Assembly (NCBI GenBank): GCA_964649385.1
Contig: CAZYRA010000002.1
Coordinates: 1 to 34,785, forward strand
Length of the DNA stretch: 34,785 nucleotides
Reading direction: 5' to 3'
Source: an uncultured Dehalococcoidales bacterium
Lineage (GTDB): Bacteria > Chloroflexota > Dehalococcoidia > Dehalococcoidales > UBA5760
Below the pieces are notes generated by a model, which was not told the DNA's origin, searched no databases, and worked only from the letters and a program-made list of their open reading frames with translations. Made by a program: the position numbers and the translations under genes. Shown here in pieces: positions 25,015 to 34,011 of the stretch. Each line of letters starts with the position of its first letter. Within the stretch, counting starts at the first letter, position 1.

Positions 25015-26215
25015 TCAGGCTTCTTCTTTCCGCAAAAGGTCTGCTCAGTTTTTCCAGGATCATCTTCCTTAACGAGAAGGTCTCTCTATAGGCCGGCTTG
25101 TTGTTGAGCACTTCGACATAGTAATCCAATACCCTGCGGGCAACCTTCTTCCAATCATACTCCGCTGCTTTGCGTATCCCATTGGCCCCCATCTCTTGCC
25201 TCAATGACTCATCACTCATCAGAGAGATTAGTGCCTGGGCCAGTTTCCCATCATCTTTCGGCGGTACCAATATCCCCTCAACACCATCAGTTAGTATGCT
25301 GGCATAGCCGGCTATGTTTGAGGCGACTACCGGTTTGCCCACTGCCATTGACTCAAGCAGGACAATGCCAAAGCTTTCCCAACCGGTAGCTGGTGAACAG
25401 AAAATGTCAGCCGTCTTATAGTACCTGGGTAACTCATCATAGCTGGTAAAACCGGCAAAAACAACGTCCTTTAGGCCATTTTTATCGACCAGTCTCTCAT
25501 ACCTGCGGCGCAGCCTGGTCCCGGGCCCCACTATAATCAGCCGTGAGTTGGGAATCTCCTGTTTCACCCGCCGGTAGGCTTTAAGCAGATAGTCGGCTCC
25601 CTTCCGTTTTTCGAGACGACCGACAAACAGGATATTCAGCTTTCCATCACAGAACTCATCGATTGGTAATACATTAGGGTGAAAGTGCTCTACATCGACA
25701 CCGTTAGGGATGATACTGTATTCTTCCGGGAAGTGCTTGTTGACAAACTCCGCAGCCGGTCTGGACACGGCGATTCTACCATCCAGCTTACTGAACCATC
25801 TTTTGAAAAACAGGTTGCCCAAGGGCTTGGCAATGTGATATCCCTTGCCATCAAAAGCATGAAAAGTACCCACATTGGCGGTACGGGACATACGGAGCAC
25901 GGTAGTACACATCATTGGCATCAACGGCTCATGGAGGTGGATAATATCAAATTTCTCTTTATCAAGCATAGCGGTTATCGTTGTTGACAACATAGGTGAT
26001 ATGGCAATACGGGCAATAGAACCACTGAAGGGGATAGAGTGGGGCTTGCCGATTGGAATAAACCTGTCACCAAGGTCAGCGACAGCCTTGGAAGCCGGAG
26101 CAATAAACCTTACTTCGTGTCCCATCTCAGTAAGGCAGCGACCCAGCGAGCAGATATGGTTAACCACACCACCCGGGTGAGCGAAATCATAAGGTGAGAC
26201 TAACGCTATCTTCAT
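24989..26215 (-). CDS. GT4-family glycosyltransferase, PimA-like
   Basis: The N-terminus MKIALVSPYDFAHPGGVVNHICSLGRCLTEMGHEVRFIAPAS resembles the mycobacterial PimA N-terminus. A C-terminal GT1/GT4 motif is present (FCSPATGWESFGIVLLESMAVGKPVVAS). Confidence 0.7.
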   Translation of the reverse strand: MKIALVSPYDFAHPGGVVNHICSLGRCLTEMGHEVRFIAPASKAVADLGDRFIPIGKPHSIPFSGSIARIAISPMLSTTITAMLDKEKFDIIHLHEPLMPMMCTTVLRMSRTANVGTFHAFDGKGYHIAKPLGNLFFKRWFSKLDGRIAVSRPAAEFVNKHFPEEYSIIPNGVDVEHFHPNVLPIDEFCDGKLNILFVGRLEKRKGADYLLKAYRRVKQEIPNSRLIIVGPGTRLRRRYERLVDKNGLKDVVFAGFTSYDELPRYYKTADIFCSPATGWESFGIVLLESMAVGKPVVASNIAGYASILTDGVEGILVPPKDDGKLAQALISLMSDESLRQEMGANGIRKAAEYDWKKVARRVLDYYVEVLNNKPAYRETFSLRKMILEKLSRPFAERRSLNGKANRSS

Positions 26216-26256
26216 TTATGATTGGCCAACCCCTCCTCACCTTACTTGGGTTATCG

Positions 26257-27393
26257 CTAGGAAGAACTATCTTCCTGCCCGGTCTGTCCGGTCTGCCCAG
26301 CCTGCCCAGCCTGCCCAGCCTGCCGGCAACTGATAATATACTCTTCCACCATTCGGTGGGCTTCATCATCACTATATTGAGTGGGCGGTGATTTCATAAA
26401 GTAGGCAGAGGGAGCTGTCAAAGACCCCTTGAGCCCGCAGTCCAGGGCAAGCTTACAACACCTTATAGCGTCAATAATCACTCCTGCTGAATTAGGGCTA
26501 TCCCATACCTCAAGTTTTAGCTCCAGGTCCAAGGGGACGTCACCAAAGGTCCGTCCCTCCATTTTGATATGGCAAAACTTGCGGTCAGTGAGCCAGGGGA
26601 CATAATCGCTGGGGCCGACGTGAATGTCATCGGGGTCAAGCTGGTAGTCCAACTGTGAGGTGACCGCATTGGTTTTTGATATTTTCTTGGATTCGAGGCG
26701 CTCTCGCTCCAACATATTGAGAAAGTCGGTGTTGCCACCAAAGTTCAACTGATATGTCCGCTCCAGCTTAACACCACGGTCCCTAAAAAGACGGGTGAGG
26801 ACACGGTGGACAATTGTTGCTCCAACCTGAGATTTTACATCATCGCCGATAACCGGAAGTCCCTTTTCCTCAAAACGCTTTTGCCAGTATTTCTCACGGG
26901 CGATAAAGACCGGGATACAATTAATGAGGCCGCAACCTGCCGCCAGCACCTGTTCAACATACCATTTGGTCGCTTCCTCACTGCCGACGGGTAGATAGTT
27001 AAGTACCACCTGGGTCTTTGTTTCTTTAAGAATGCCGACAATATCAGCGGTGGGACCAGGTGCCTTTTCTATTTTTCCGGCAAGATACTTACCCAGACCG
27101 TCATGGGTCATACCTCTCTGCACCTTAACCCCCGCCACCGGTACATCGGTAAACTTGAAGGTATTGTTCGGTGGAGCAAAGATTGCTTCTGCCAGGTCCT
27201 TGCCAACCTTTAACTTATTGATATCGAAGGCAGCCACAAAATTAATGTCGCTTATACGGTATCCCCCCAGGTTAACATGCATCAGCCCCGGCACAAGTTC
27301 GCTTTCTTTCGCCTTCTTGTAATAGTGGACGCCCTGTACCAAGGATGAAGCACAATTACCCACCCCTATTATCGCTACATTTATGTTCCCCAC
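26257..27393 (-). CDS. ino1: myo-Inositol-1-phosphate synthase with repeat-encoded C-terminal tail
   Basis: The sequence starts [21 protein letters not shown], with an NAD-binding N-terminus and a typical bacterial/archaeal MIPS core. The GTG start follows AAAGGAGAGGGG. The last ~25 aa ([23 protein letters not shown]) are low complexity. Confidence 0.85.
   Translation of the reverse strand: MGNINVAIIGVGNCASSLVQGVHYYKKAKESELVPGLMHVNLGGYRISDINFVAAFDINKLKVGKDLAEAIFAPPNNTFKFTDVPVAGVKVQRGMTHDGLGKYLAGKIEKAPGPTADIVGILKETKTQVVLNYLPVGSEEATKWYVEQVLAAGCGLINCIPVFIAREKYWQKRFEEKGLPVIGDDVKSQVGATIVHRVLTRLFRDRGVKLERTYQLNFGGNTDFLNMLERERLESKKISKTNAVTSQLDYQLDPDDIHVGPSDYVPWLTDRKFCHIKMEGRTFGDVPLDLELKLEVWDSPNSAGVIIDAIRCCKLALDCGLKGSLTAPSAYFMKSPPTQYSDDEAHRMVEEYIISCRQAGQAGQAGQTGQTGQEDSSS
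26275..26324. repeat. Tandem 9-bp repeat, about 5.5 copies (CTGCCCGGT, CTGTCCGGT, CTGCCCAGC x3, CTGCC)
   Basis: Read directly from the sequence. The repeat is in frame within the 3' end of ino1, encoding (AGQ)3(TGQ)2 on the minus strand. Confidence 0.9.
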
Positions 27394-27534
27394 AGTTTAA
27401 CCCCTCTCCTTTCTCATCATAAAAGGCCGCTTGCACAAAATAAGATGGTATGTCCGGATTAACGACTGGAATACCGCCTCACCACCTATTGTGTCTTTAG
27501 TACTATCAACTGGCATTATAGAGTAAGTTACGGC

Positions 27535-27687
27535 TTAACCCTGCCCGATTCTGAATACCTTAGTTCCACACTTAGGACATACCCCTCGTACCGCTGGTTT
27601 CCCATTCTTGAGGGTAACATGTTCATGGTCCTTCGCCTGTACCTTTGCTCTACATTTAAAACAATATGCTTCGTGCTGTTCTCCCAC
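27535..27687 (-). CDS. 50-aa zinc-ribbon protein, DUF5679-like (below the ORF-track length cutoff)
   Basis: The minus strand translates MGEQHEAYCFKCRAKVQAKDHEHVTLKNGKPAVRGVCPKCGTKVFRIGQG. The GTG start lies 6 nt after GGGAGGT. The CxxC-x24-CxxC ribbon with an FRIG ending matches my recollection of DUF5679. Confidence 0.7.
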   Translation of the reverse strand: MGEQHEAYCFKCRAKVQAKDHEHVTLKNGKPAVRGVCPKCGTKVFRIGQG

Positions 27688-27781
27688 TTTTTTACCTCCC
27701 TCTAGATTAGTTGTACTGCCTCATACTACTACAACAATTATGTGCAGGATATTAAGATTTTCTGAATATACTCCTCTTGAA

Positions 27782-28681
27782 CTAAGCAAAGACCTTTTCC
27801 GGTTGCCATTCATTTCTTTCCAGGTTGAAGCGTAACACGCCCAGGAAGCAGCCGTCAAGGGTATAAGCACGGCAATAGCCCTGATAAGGACTGCCTTCCT
27901 TACCGCTATAGTCATTACTCAAGGATACAGGACGCCCGTTTCTAATGAACTGGCTGACCTCATCATCAACGATAATGACACCCCAATCCAGAAGCACAGT
28001 ATCTATGGGATAGACGAAGTGCTGCCAGTAGCCGTGGCGGCAGGCAGTCTCAAACTGGTCTAATGAAACTGCTTCCTTGATATCAAAGAGGCCACACCTT
28101 AAACGGGAGAGGTTTTTCAGGGTAGCTCCGCAACCCAGAGCTTGTCCTAAATCCTGGGCCAGTGAACGAATATAGGTGCCCTTGCCACATACTACTTCTA
28201 CCGTGGCGACCGGTGATTGCCAGCTGGTAAGCTTAAGGCTGTAGACCATCACCGGTCTGCTTTTCCTTTCAACCTCAATGCCGGCTCGCGCCAATTGATA
28301 GAGCCGTCTACCCTGGTGCTTGACAGCGCTGTACATTGGCGGAGTCTGCTCTATTATGCCACAGAAAGAAGTAAGCTCCGACTCCAGACGTTCCCGGCTG
28401 ACCTGAGAGGGGTCTTCCTGTCGGGTAATCCGACCGCTGGCGTCACCGGTATCAGTAACTACCCCCAATTCGATCTGAGCTCGATAAGCCTTAGTGGTAT
28501 CTACCAAAAATTCGACAATCCGGGTTCCCTTGCCCAAACAGACCGGCAGGACTCCTGTAGCCTCCGGGTCAAGAGTGCCGGCATGTCCCACCCGCTTCTC
28601 TCCGATCAACCGCCTGATTTGGGCAACGACACCAAATGAGGTTATACCCCGGGGCTTATTGATATTTAGTATGCCGTCCAC
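27782..28681 (-). CDS. truB: tRNA pseudouridine(55) synthase
   Basis: Motifs GILNINKPRGITSF and GHAGTLDPEATGVLPVCLG (catalytic Asp) are present. Confidence 0.9.
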   Translation of the reverse strand: MDGILNINKPRGITSFGVVAQIRRLIGEKRVGHAGTLDPEATGVLPVCLGKGTRIVEFLVDTTKAYRAQIELGVVTDTGDASGRITRQEDPSQVSRERLESELTSFCGIIEQTPPMYSAVKHQGRRLYQLARAGIEVERKSRPVMVYSLKLTSWQSPVATVEVVCGKGTYIRSLAQDLGQALGCGATLKNLSRLRCGLFDIKEAVSLDQFETACRHGYWQHFVYPIDTVLLDWGVIIVDDEVSQFIRNGRPVSLSNDYSGKEGSPYQGYCRAYTLDGCFLGVLRFNLERNEWQPEKVFA

Positions 28682-28683
28682 AA

Positions 28684-29052
28684 TCAGTCTCTATGCTGCT
28701 CAGCAGCATTATCCCCGATAGCCTGGTTAATCAGCTTCAGGATGTTGTCCCCACGCTTGATGGAATCATCCCACCTGAAGCTTAGCTCGGGAATACGCCG
28801 CAGCTTTAGACGCCGCGACATCTCCTTACGCAGGAAACCCGAAGCAGCCACCAGTACACCCAGTATTTCTCGATTTTCTTCCTCACTACCGATATTACTG
28901 ATAAATACCTTGGCATATTTCAGGTCAGGAGAAGTAGAGACCTCGGTCACCGCAATAAAGGCACCAATCCGAGGGTCTTTGACTTGATGCTGAAGCAGTT
29001 CACTGAGTTCACGACGGATGAGTTTATTCACTTGTTCAATACGATGCGTCAC
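28684..29052 (-). CDS. rbfA: Ribosome-binding factor A
   Basis: Sequence RIEQVNKLIRRELSELLQHQVKDPRIG...VTEVSTSPDLKYAKVF is present. The gene sits between infB and truB. Confidence 0.9.
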   Translation of the reverse strand: MTHRIEQVNKLIRRELSELLQHQVKDPRIGAFIAVTEVSTSPDLKYAKVFISNIGSEEENREILGVLVAASGFLRKEMSRRLKLRRIPELSFRWDDSIKRGDNILKLINQAIGDNAAEQHRD

Positions 29053-29073
29053 AATATTTCCCCGCTAGGGCCG

Positions 29074-30909
29074 TCACCGTCTAATTTCCGTCTTGAAGAA
29101 TTCCAATATATCACCGACTTGAAATTTGTTGAAGTCCTTGATACTCACACCACACTCGTAGCCCGTGGCTACCTCTTTGACGTCATCCTTGAAGCGCCTG
29201 AGGCTGCTGACAGTAGACTCACATACCACTTTTTCCCCACGCCGCAATCTGACTGAAGCACCGCGGCTCAGTCTGCCCTCAGTAACATAGGCTCCAGCCG
29301 CTTTTTCTTTTCTACCGGCAGAAAAAACTTCCCGTACCTCAGCCCGTCCCTCAATGACCTCAACATAAGAAGGCTCCAGCATACCTTTAAGCGCGCTGCT
29401 GACATCATTTATCAAGTCGTAAATCACATCATAAGAACGGGTGCTTACCCCCTCTATCTCGGCCAGGCGACGTGCTCCCGATCCGGCACTGATACCAAAA
29501 CCAATGATTATTCCCTTAGAGGCAGTGGCCAGCATAACATCACTTTCCGTAACATTACCGGCGCCGCTATGGATAACTCTAACCTGAACCTCTTCTGTTC
29601 CAAGCTCCTCCAAAGAACCCTTTATCGGTTCAATACTACCCTGAACATCAACCTTGAGGATGATATTAAGTTCCTTCACCCGTCCGGTGCTGATCTGGTC
29701 GTAGAGATTGCTGAGATTAACTGCCCTTGGCTCCTGCTGCTTCTCTTCTAGCCGTTTCTCTATCAATTTATGCGCCTGACTTTCATTGGACACCGCTTTC
29801 AGAGTATCGCCCACCTGGGGCACACTGCCTAGGCCCAGGATCTCTACCGGAGTAGCCGGCTCAGCCTTTCTCACCCGCTTGCCCATATCATTGAACATAG
29901 CCTTTACCCTGCCCCAGGTTGTGCCGCCCACTATGGTGTCACCAAGCCTTAATGTCCCGTTATTAATCAGTACCGTAGCCAGGGGTCCCTTGGTCTTGTC
30001 CATTTTGGCTTCAACAACTACCCCGAGTGCCGGCTGAGAAGGATCGGCTTTAAGCTCCTCCAGCTCAGCTATGAGCAAAAGGTTCTCCAGCAGTTCATGA
30101 ATGCCTGTTTTCTCTTTTGCTGAAATGGGAACACAGATTGTAGCGCCCCCCCACTCCTCAACAACCAGACCGGCATCAGCCATCTTCTGCTTGGTCACCT
30201 CGATGTTGACACCAGGCTTATCAATCTTATTTAAAGCTACTATTACGGGGACACCGGCGGCTCGTGCATGGTCAATAGCCTCCAGTGTCTGCGGCATTAC
30301 TCCATCATCAACGGCTACTACCAGGATAACGATGTCGGTCACCTGAGCACCCCGAGCTCGCATCGCCGTAAAAGCCTCGTGCCCTGGTGTATCCAGAAAG
30401 GTAACCTTTTGCCCGTTAACCTCTACCTGATAGGCGCCGATATGCTGGGTGATACCGCCGGCTTCAGCTTCCATTACATTGGTCTGTCGAATAGCGTCCA
30501 GGAGCCGGGTCTTGCCATGATTGACGTGTCCCATAATAGTAATTATGGGAGGGCGCGGTTTTAGACCCTTGAGTTCTTTACCCCGGAGCCCCTGCCCTTT
30601 CTTAGGCCTACTAATAGCACCGCCCGGCTTTCGGATTGCCTGGGGTTGCAGGCATGGCTGGTAACCAAGACCTGACGCTATAGCCGCCGCCACCTCATAG
30701 TTAACCACCTGGTTAATATTGGCCATAATGCCATTTCGCATTAGTTGTTTAATGATATCTATTTCACTAGTCTGCAGAAGGTCAGCCAGCTGCCGTACAC
30801 TGAGGTTAGCTGGAATTTCAATCGGGTGCGACTCTGCTGATGGTGAGTCATTACTCTGCATTCCGCCAGCAGAACTTGGATTATCAGCCGAATTATTTAC
30901 TCTTGCCAT
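29074..30909 (-). CDS. infB: Translation initiation factor IF-2
   Basis: A G-domain is present ([26 protein letters not shown]), with IF-2 C-terminal domains. The N-terminal region is short (611 aa in total). Confidence 0.95.
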   Translation of the reverse strand: MARVNNSADNPSSAGGMQSNDSPSAESHPIEIPANLSVRQLADLLQTSEIDIIKQLMRNGIMANINQVVNYEVAAAIASGLGYQPCLQPQAIRKPGGAISRPKKGQGLRGKELKGLKPRPPIITIMGHVNHGKTRLLDAIRQTNVMEAEAGGITQHIGAYQVEVNGQKVTFLDTPGHEAFTAMRARGAQVTDIVILVVAVDDGVMPQTLEAIDHARAAGVPVIVALNKIDKPGVNIEVTKQKMADAGLVVEEWGGATICVPISAKEKTGIHELLENLLLIAELEELKADPSQPALGVVVEAKMDKTKGPLATVLINNGTLRLGDTIVGGTTWGRVKAMFNDMGKRVRKAEPATPVEILGLGSVPQVGDTLKAVSNESQAHKLIEKRLEEKQQEPRAVNLSNLYDQISTGRVKELNIILKVDVQGSIEPIKGSLEELGTEEVQVRVIHSGAGNVTESDVMLATASKGIIIGFGISAGSGARRLAEIEGVSTRSYDVIYDLINDVSSALKGMLEPSYVEVIEGRAEVREVFSAGRKEKAAGAYVTEGRLSRGASVRLRRGEKVVCESTVSSLRRFKDDVKEVATGYECGVSIKDFNKFQVGDILEFFKTEIRR

Positions 30910-30913
30910 CGGT

Positions 30914-31216
30914 TTACTCCTCCAGAAGGTCTTTACTGTACTTCACAAGCCATTCCCGATTTTCTTTGGTAATAGTGGTCCGCAGAGTATAATCCAGCCG
31001 ATTACCCCTTAACCCGGCTTCCCAACACCCAAGATTACGGCATAAATAAGCACCACGTCCCTGTCTCCTGCCGCTGGTATCAACCTCAACGGCTCCGCTG
31101 GAAACACAGACCAGTCGGGTTAACTCCCGCTTCGGTTTTATCTGACGGCAGGCCACACAGGTGCGTTGCGGTATACGCTGACTAATACTCTTCATCCTCT
31201 TCATCCTCTCCATCAA
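30914..31216 (-). CDS. ylxR: YlxR/DUF448 RNA-binding protein
   Basis: Sequence [19 protein letters not shown]...GRGAYLC is present. The gene sits between nusA and infB. Several possible starts exist (31216 or 31195), and all overlap the nusA 3' end. Confidence 0.8.
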   Translation of the reverse strand: MMERMKRMKSISQRIPQRTCVACRQIKPKRELTRLVCVSSGAVEVDTSGRRQGRGAYLCRNLGCWEAGLRGNRLDYTLRTTITKENREWLVKYSKDLLEE

Positions 31217-32609
31217 CCTCTATGGTTCCCTGCATTCGGCGCAGTTTCTTAATTTTGATGCCATCCTCAGCGCTTTCCTTGCCTGAAACACCCTTCTTCT
31301 TTTTCTTCTTTGATTTGGCCCCAGGCTTAATCGGCTGCGGAATTATAATCTCTTCAGCAAATCTAATCTTGGCTTTCCCCGCGGCTACTTTTGGTTCGGA
31401 AGTGAGCGAAGGAACCTCAGCACCTATCGGTGCGAGCGGCTCACCAACTTCTTCTTCCCCTACCTCTTCGATATCTATCGAGACCGGCCCCTCAGCAGCC
31501 GGCATTTCACCAGCAAGCTCCTCACCAACTGCAGTTGCTTCTTCCGTATCGGCTGGTAGCGGCCTGGCTTTCGCTTCTGCCTCAGCATCTGAAGCACTCT
31601 TGATATCAATACGCCATCCAGTGAGTTTGGCAGCCAGCCTGACATTCTGTCCTTCCCTACCGATAGCTAATGAGAGCTGGCCGTCAGGGACAATTGCAGT
31701 GGCCACATCCTCACTTATCTCAACGCTTAGTACCTTAGCAGGGCTAAGGGCGCTAATAATAAAAGCAGGAGCATCTGGGCTCCACATTACGACGTCTACC
31801 TTTTCCCCATTTAGCTCATTAACAATGTTCTGTATCCTGATACCGCGCAGCCCAACGCAACAACCAACCGGATCAATACCCTCCTGGCGAGCCACCACCG
31901 CCACCTTACTCCGGAAGCTGGCTTCGCGTGCGACTGATATTAACTCAACTGCGCCGCTACCGATTTCCGGGACCTCCAGCTCAAAAAGCCTTCGCAACAA
32001 ATTCGGGTGAGAACGTGATACTATTACCAGAGGTCCTCTATTTGTCTGGGCTACCTCCAGGAGATAGACCCTGATTCTCTGCCCAATCCGGTACCTCTCA
32101 CTATGCATCTGCTCAATCGACGGCAGTACTGCCTCTGTCCTACCTAAATCAATGAAAACCTGCTTGGGCTCAATACGCCGCACCGCCCCGTTGATAATGT
32201 GCCCTTCCTTATCAGCGTATTCCTCAAATATGGCATTGTGCTCCGCTTCGTGAAGTCGCTGGAGGATAACCTGTTTGGCCGTTTGAGCGGCAATACGTCC
32301 GGCATTGTGAGGGGTATCCTCAACCTCGATAGTGTCTCCAATCTTAATATCCGGCTTAATCTCCATCGCCTCGTTCAGCGATATCTCGCAGCGGCGATCA
32401 GATGGCTGCTCGACTACAGTCTTCTCAGCCCACACCTGCACCGTGCCGGTACTGGGATTAATCTTGACCGAGACATTCTGGTTGGCAGTGAAGCTGTCCT
32501 TCTTATAGGCTGATACCAGGGCTGTCTCGACTGCCTTGATAACCACCTCCGGAGGCAAGTTCTTTTCAGCCGAGAGCTGCGTGATGGCGAGCACAAAGTC
32601 GCTTTTCAT
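31182..32609 (-). CDS. nusA: Transcription termination/antitermination factor NusA with acidic/lysine-rich C-terminal extension
   Basis: The protein has an N-terminal domain ([26 protein letters not shown]), an S1 domain and two KH domains (GxxG: [19 protein letters not shown]). The last ~130 aa are a low-complexity E/A/K-rich tail. Confidence 0.9.
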   Translation of the reverse strand: MKSDFVLAITQLSAEKNLPPEVVIKAVETALVSAYKKDSFTANQNVSVKINPSTGTVQVWAEKTVVEQPSDRRCEISLNEAMEIKPDIKIGDTIEVEDTPHNAGRIAAQTAKQVILQRLHEAEHNAIFEEYADKEGHIINGAVRRIEPKQVFIDLGRTEAVLPSIEQMHSERYRIGQRIRVYLLEVAQTNRGPLVIVSRSHPNLLRRLFELEVPEIGSGAVELISVAREASFRSKVAVVARQEGIDPVGCCVGLRGIRIQNIVNELNGEKVDVVMWSPDAPAFIISALSPAKVLSVEISEDVATAIVPDGQLSLAIGREGQNVRLAAKLTGWRIDIKSASDAEAEAKARPLPADTEEATAVGEELAGEMPAAEGPVSIDIEEVGEEEVGEPLAPIGAEVPSLTSEPKVAAGKAKIRFAEEIIIPQPIKPGAKSKKKKKKGVSGKESAEDGIKIKKLRRMQGTIEVDGEDEEDEEY

Positions 32610-32644
32610 CTTTAGTTTAAGCCCCCCAATTTGTTATCCCCATA

Positions 32645-32675
32645 GAACAAAAAAGTGGGATTCAAACCCACTTCG
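32645..32675 (-). terminator. Terminator-like hairpin inside the nusA leader (also downstream of the PfkB kinase gene)
   Basis: The minus-strand RNA reads AAGUGGG-UUUGAAU-CCCACUU-UUUUG, a 7-bp stem plus U-tract. It ends about 40 nt before the nusA ATG. Confidence 0.55.
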
Positions 32676-32698
32676 CAACTCATTCTTCACCTGCCAGA

Positions 32699-32728
32699 AT
32701 TATAACACGGTCATGTCTTGGGGCGCAA
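32699..32728 (-). promoter_or_regulatory. Candidate promoter of the nusA operon, with extended -10
   Basis: On the minus strand, TTGCGC (32728-32723), an 18-nt spacer, then TATAAT (32704-32699), preceded by TGT (TGTTATAAT). Confidence 0.45.
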
Positions 32729-32831
32729 TAACATACCTGTCTCCTTATATACAGTCCTCCGTTCCGCCGACGTACCGGGATGGGTTAATATCCAAGTAGG
32801 GATACTCGATTGGCTGTGCCTGGTCAAGGTT

Positions 32832-33758
32832 CTAGCCGGAGTACTTATCGAGCCTCTCCCTAAATTCCTGCAGGTTAAAATGGTACTCCTGAGTGCCATA
32901 GCACTCCACGGCAAAGGAGGCGCAGACACTTCCCATCACTGCGCACTGTTCGATGCCCCTGCCCTCGATCAGACCCTTGATTAATCCGGCCCGGTAGGCG
33001 TCGCCGGCACCGGTCGGGTCTAATACTTCCTTCGCTTTGGCAGCAGGGATGTCTATCTCGCGGTCGGGGGTGCAGACACGGGACCCCATTTCTCCCAGGG
33101 TGGTAATGATAATCTTGGTCTTATCCAGCAGTTTCTTTCTGTTAAGGCCGGTTTTATTAATAACCAGTTCCAGCTCATAGTCGTTGGAGATAAGTATCCT
33201 GGAGCCGTCTATACATCGGGTAAGCTCTTGTGCATTCCACATGGGTAGTGATTGACCGGGGTCAAAGATGTAGTCGATACATCTGGACTTACAAATCCGG
33301 GAGTAGCTTATCATATCCTCAAGATTGCCCGGGGCGATAATGACAATGCTCTCTTGCGGGTTGACCCTGTCAAAATTGAAGCAGGATGGGTATTTCATTG
33401 CCCCGGGATTGAAGCCGGTAATCTGGTTATCGGCCCGGTCGGTGGTGATGTAGGCGCTGGCGGTAAACTCCTCTTCAATAATCTTGATACTGTCGGAAGC
33501 GATATTCTTCCTCGCCAGTGATTCGAAGTACCTCTGGTAGTCGTGGCCGACGGTAGCCAGAATTACCGGTCTTTCCCCCAACAGAGAGAGGGCATAGCCA
33601 ATGTTGCCCGCGGTACCGCCGAGCTTCTCGACCATACCGTTTACGGTAAAGGAAACATTCAAAACGTGTAACTTCTCAGGAAGGATGTGGTCGGAAAAGT
33701 ACTCCGGGAAGTCCATAATCCTATCGTATGCTAAAGAACCGGAAACAATAATGCTCAT
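32832..33758 (-). CDS. PfkB-family carbohydrate/nucleoside kinase
   Basis: Motifs GGTAGNIGYAL and, at the C-terminus, DPTGAGDAYRAGLI (the PfkB ATP/anion-hole motif) are present. Substrate specificity is not resolvable by eye. Confidence 0.8.
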   Translation of the reverse strand: MSIIVSGSLAYDRIMDFPEYFSDHILPEKLHVLNVSFTVNGMVEKLGGTAGNIGYALSLLGERPVILATVGHDYQRYFESLARKNIASDSIKIIEEEFTASAYITTDRADNQITGFNPGAMKYPSCFNFDRVNPQESIVIIAPGNLEDMISYSRICKSRCIDYIFDPGQSLPMWNAQELTRCIDGSRILISNDYELELVINKTGLNRKKLLDKTKIIITTLGEMGSRVCTPDREIDIPAAKAKEVLDPTGAGDAYRAGLIKGLIEGRGIEQCAVMGSVCASFAVECYGTQEYHFNLQEFRERLDKYSG

Positions 33759-33831
33759 TGATTTCTATTTTAATCTTCCCGACATACCTTTGCAACACTT
33801 AGCTTCCGGTTTATAGCGGGGCATTTTACTA

Positions 33832-33860
33832 TTGACATCATCAGTGAAATAGACTATAAC
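33832..33860 (+). promoter_or_regulatory. Candidate promoter upstream of the SDR gene
   Basis: TTGACA (33832-33837), a 17-nt spacer, then TATAAC (33855-33860). This implies a ~145-nt leader. Confidence 0.45.
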
Positions 33861-34011
33861 CTGTAAGACATACTCAAAAGGCTGCCGAAGATAACTGAGG
33901 ATAGGTAGAAGATGAGTGGGGATGGGTTACGCGTTGGTGGGTTTGGGTAAGAAGTGCCTGCGCTTGCAGTTATCAGTCAAAAATAAAGGTACGGGGGTAT
34001 AGAACAAGAAA

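Noticed and set aside
26275-26324. Possible CRISPR or other spaced repeat array
   Set aside because: The units are 9 bp, directly tandem with no spacers, and lie inside a coding frame. This is a microsatellite-like coding repeat, not CRISPR. No other spaced direct repeats were seen in the window.
31222-32010. 262-aa plus-strand ORF
   Set aside because: It lies antisense to nusA. The sequence is Ser/Ala/Pro-rich and low complexity, as expected for the complement of an E/A/G-rich coding region.
33915-33947. G-quadruplex in the SDR leader
   Set aside because: There are four G-runs, but the central loop is 12 nt, outside the canonical limit of 7 nt or fewer. It is noted only as part of the leader finding.
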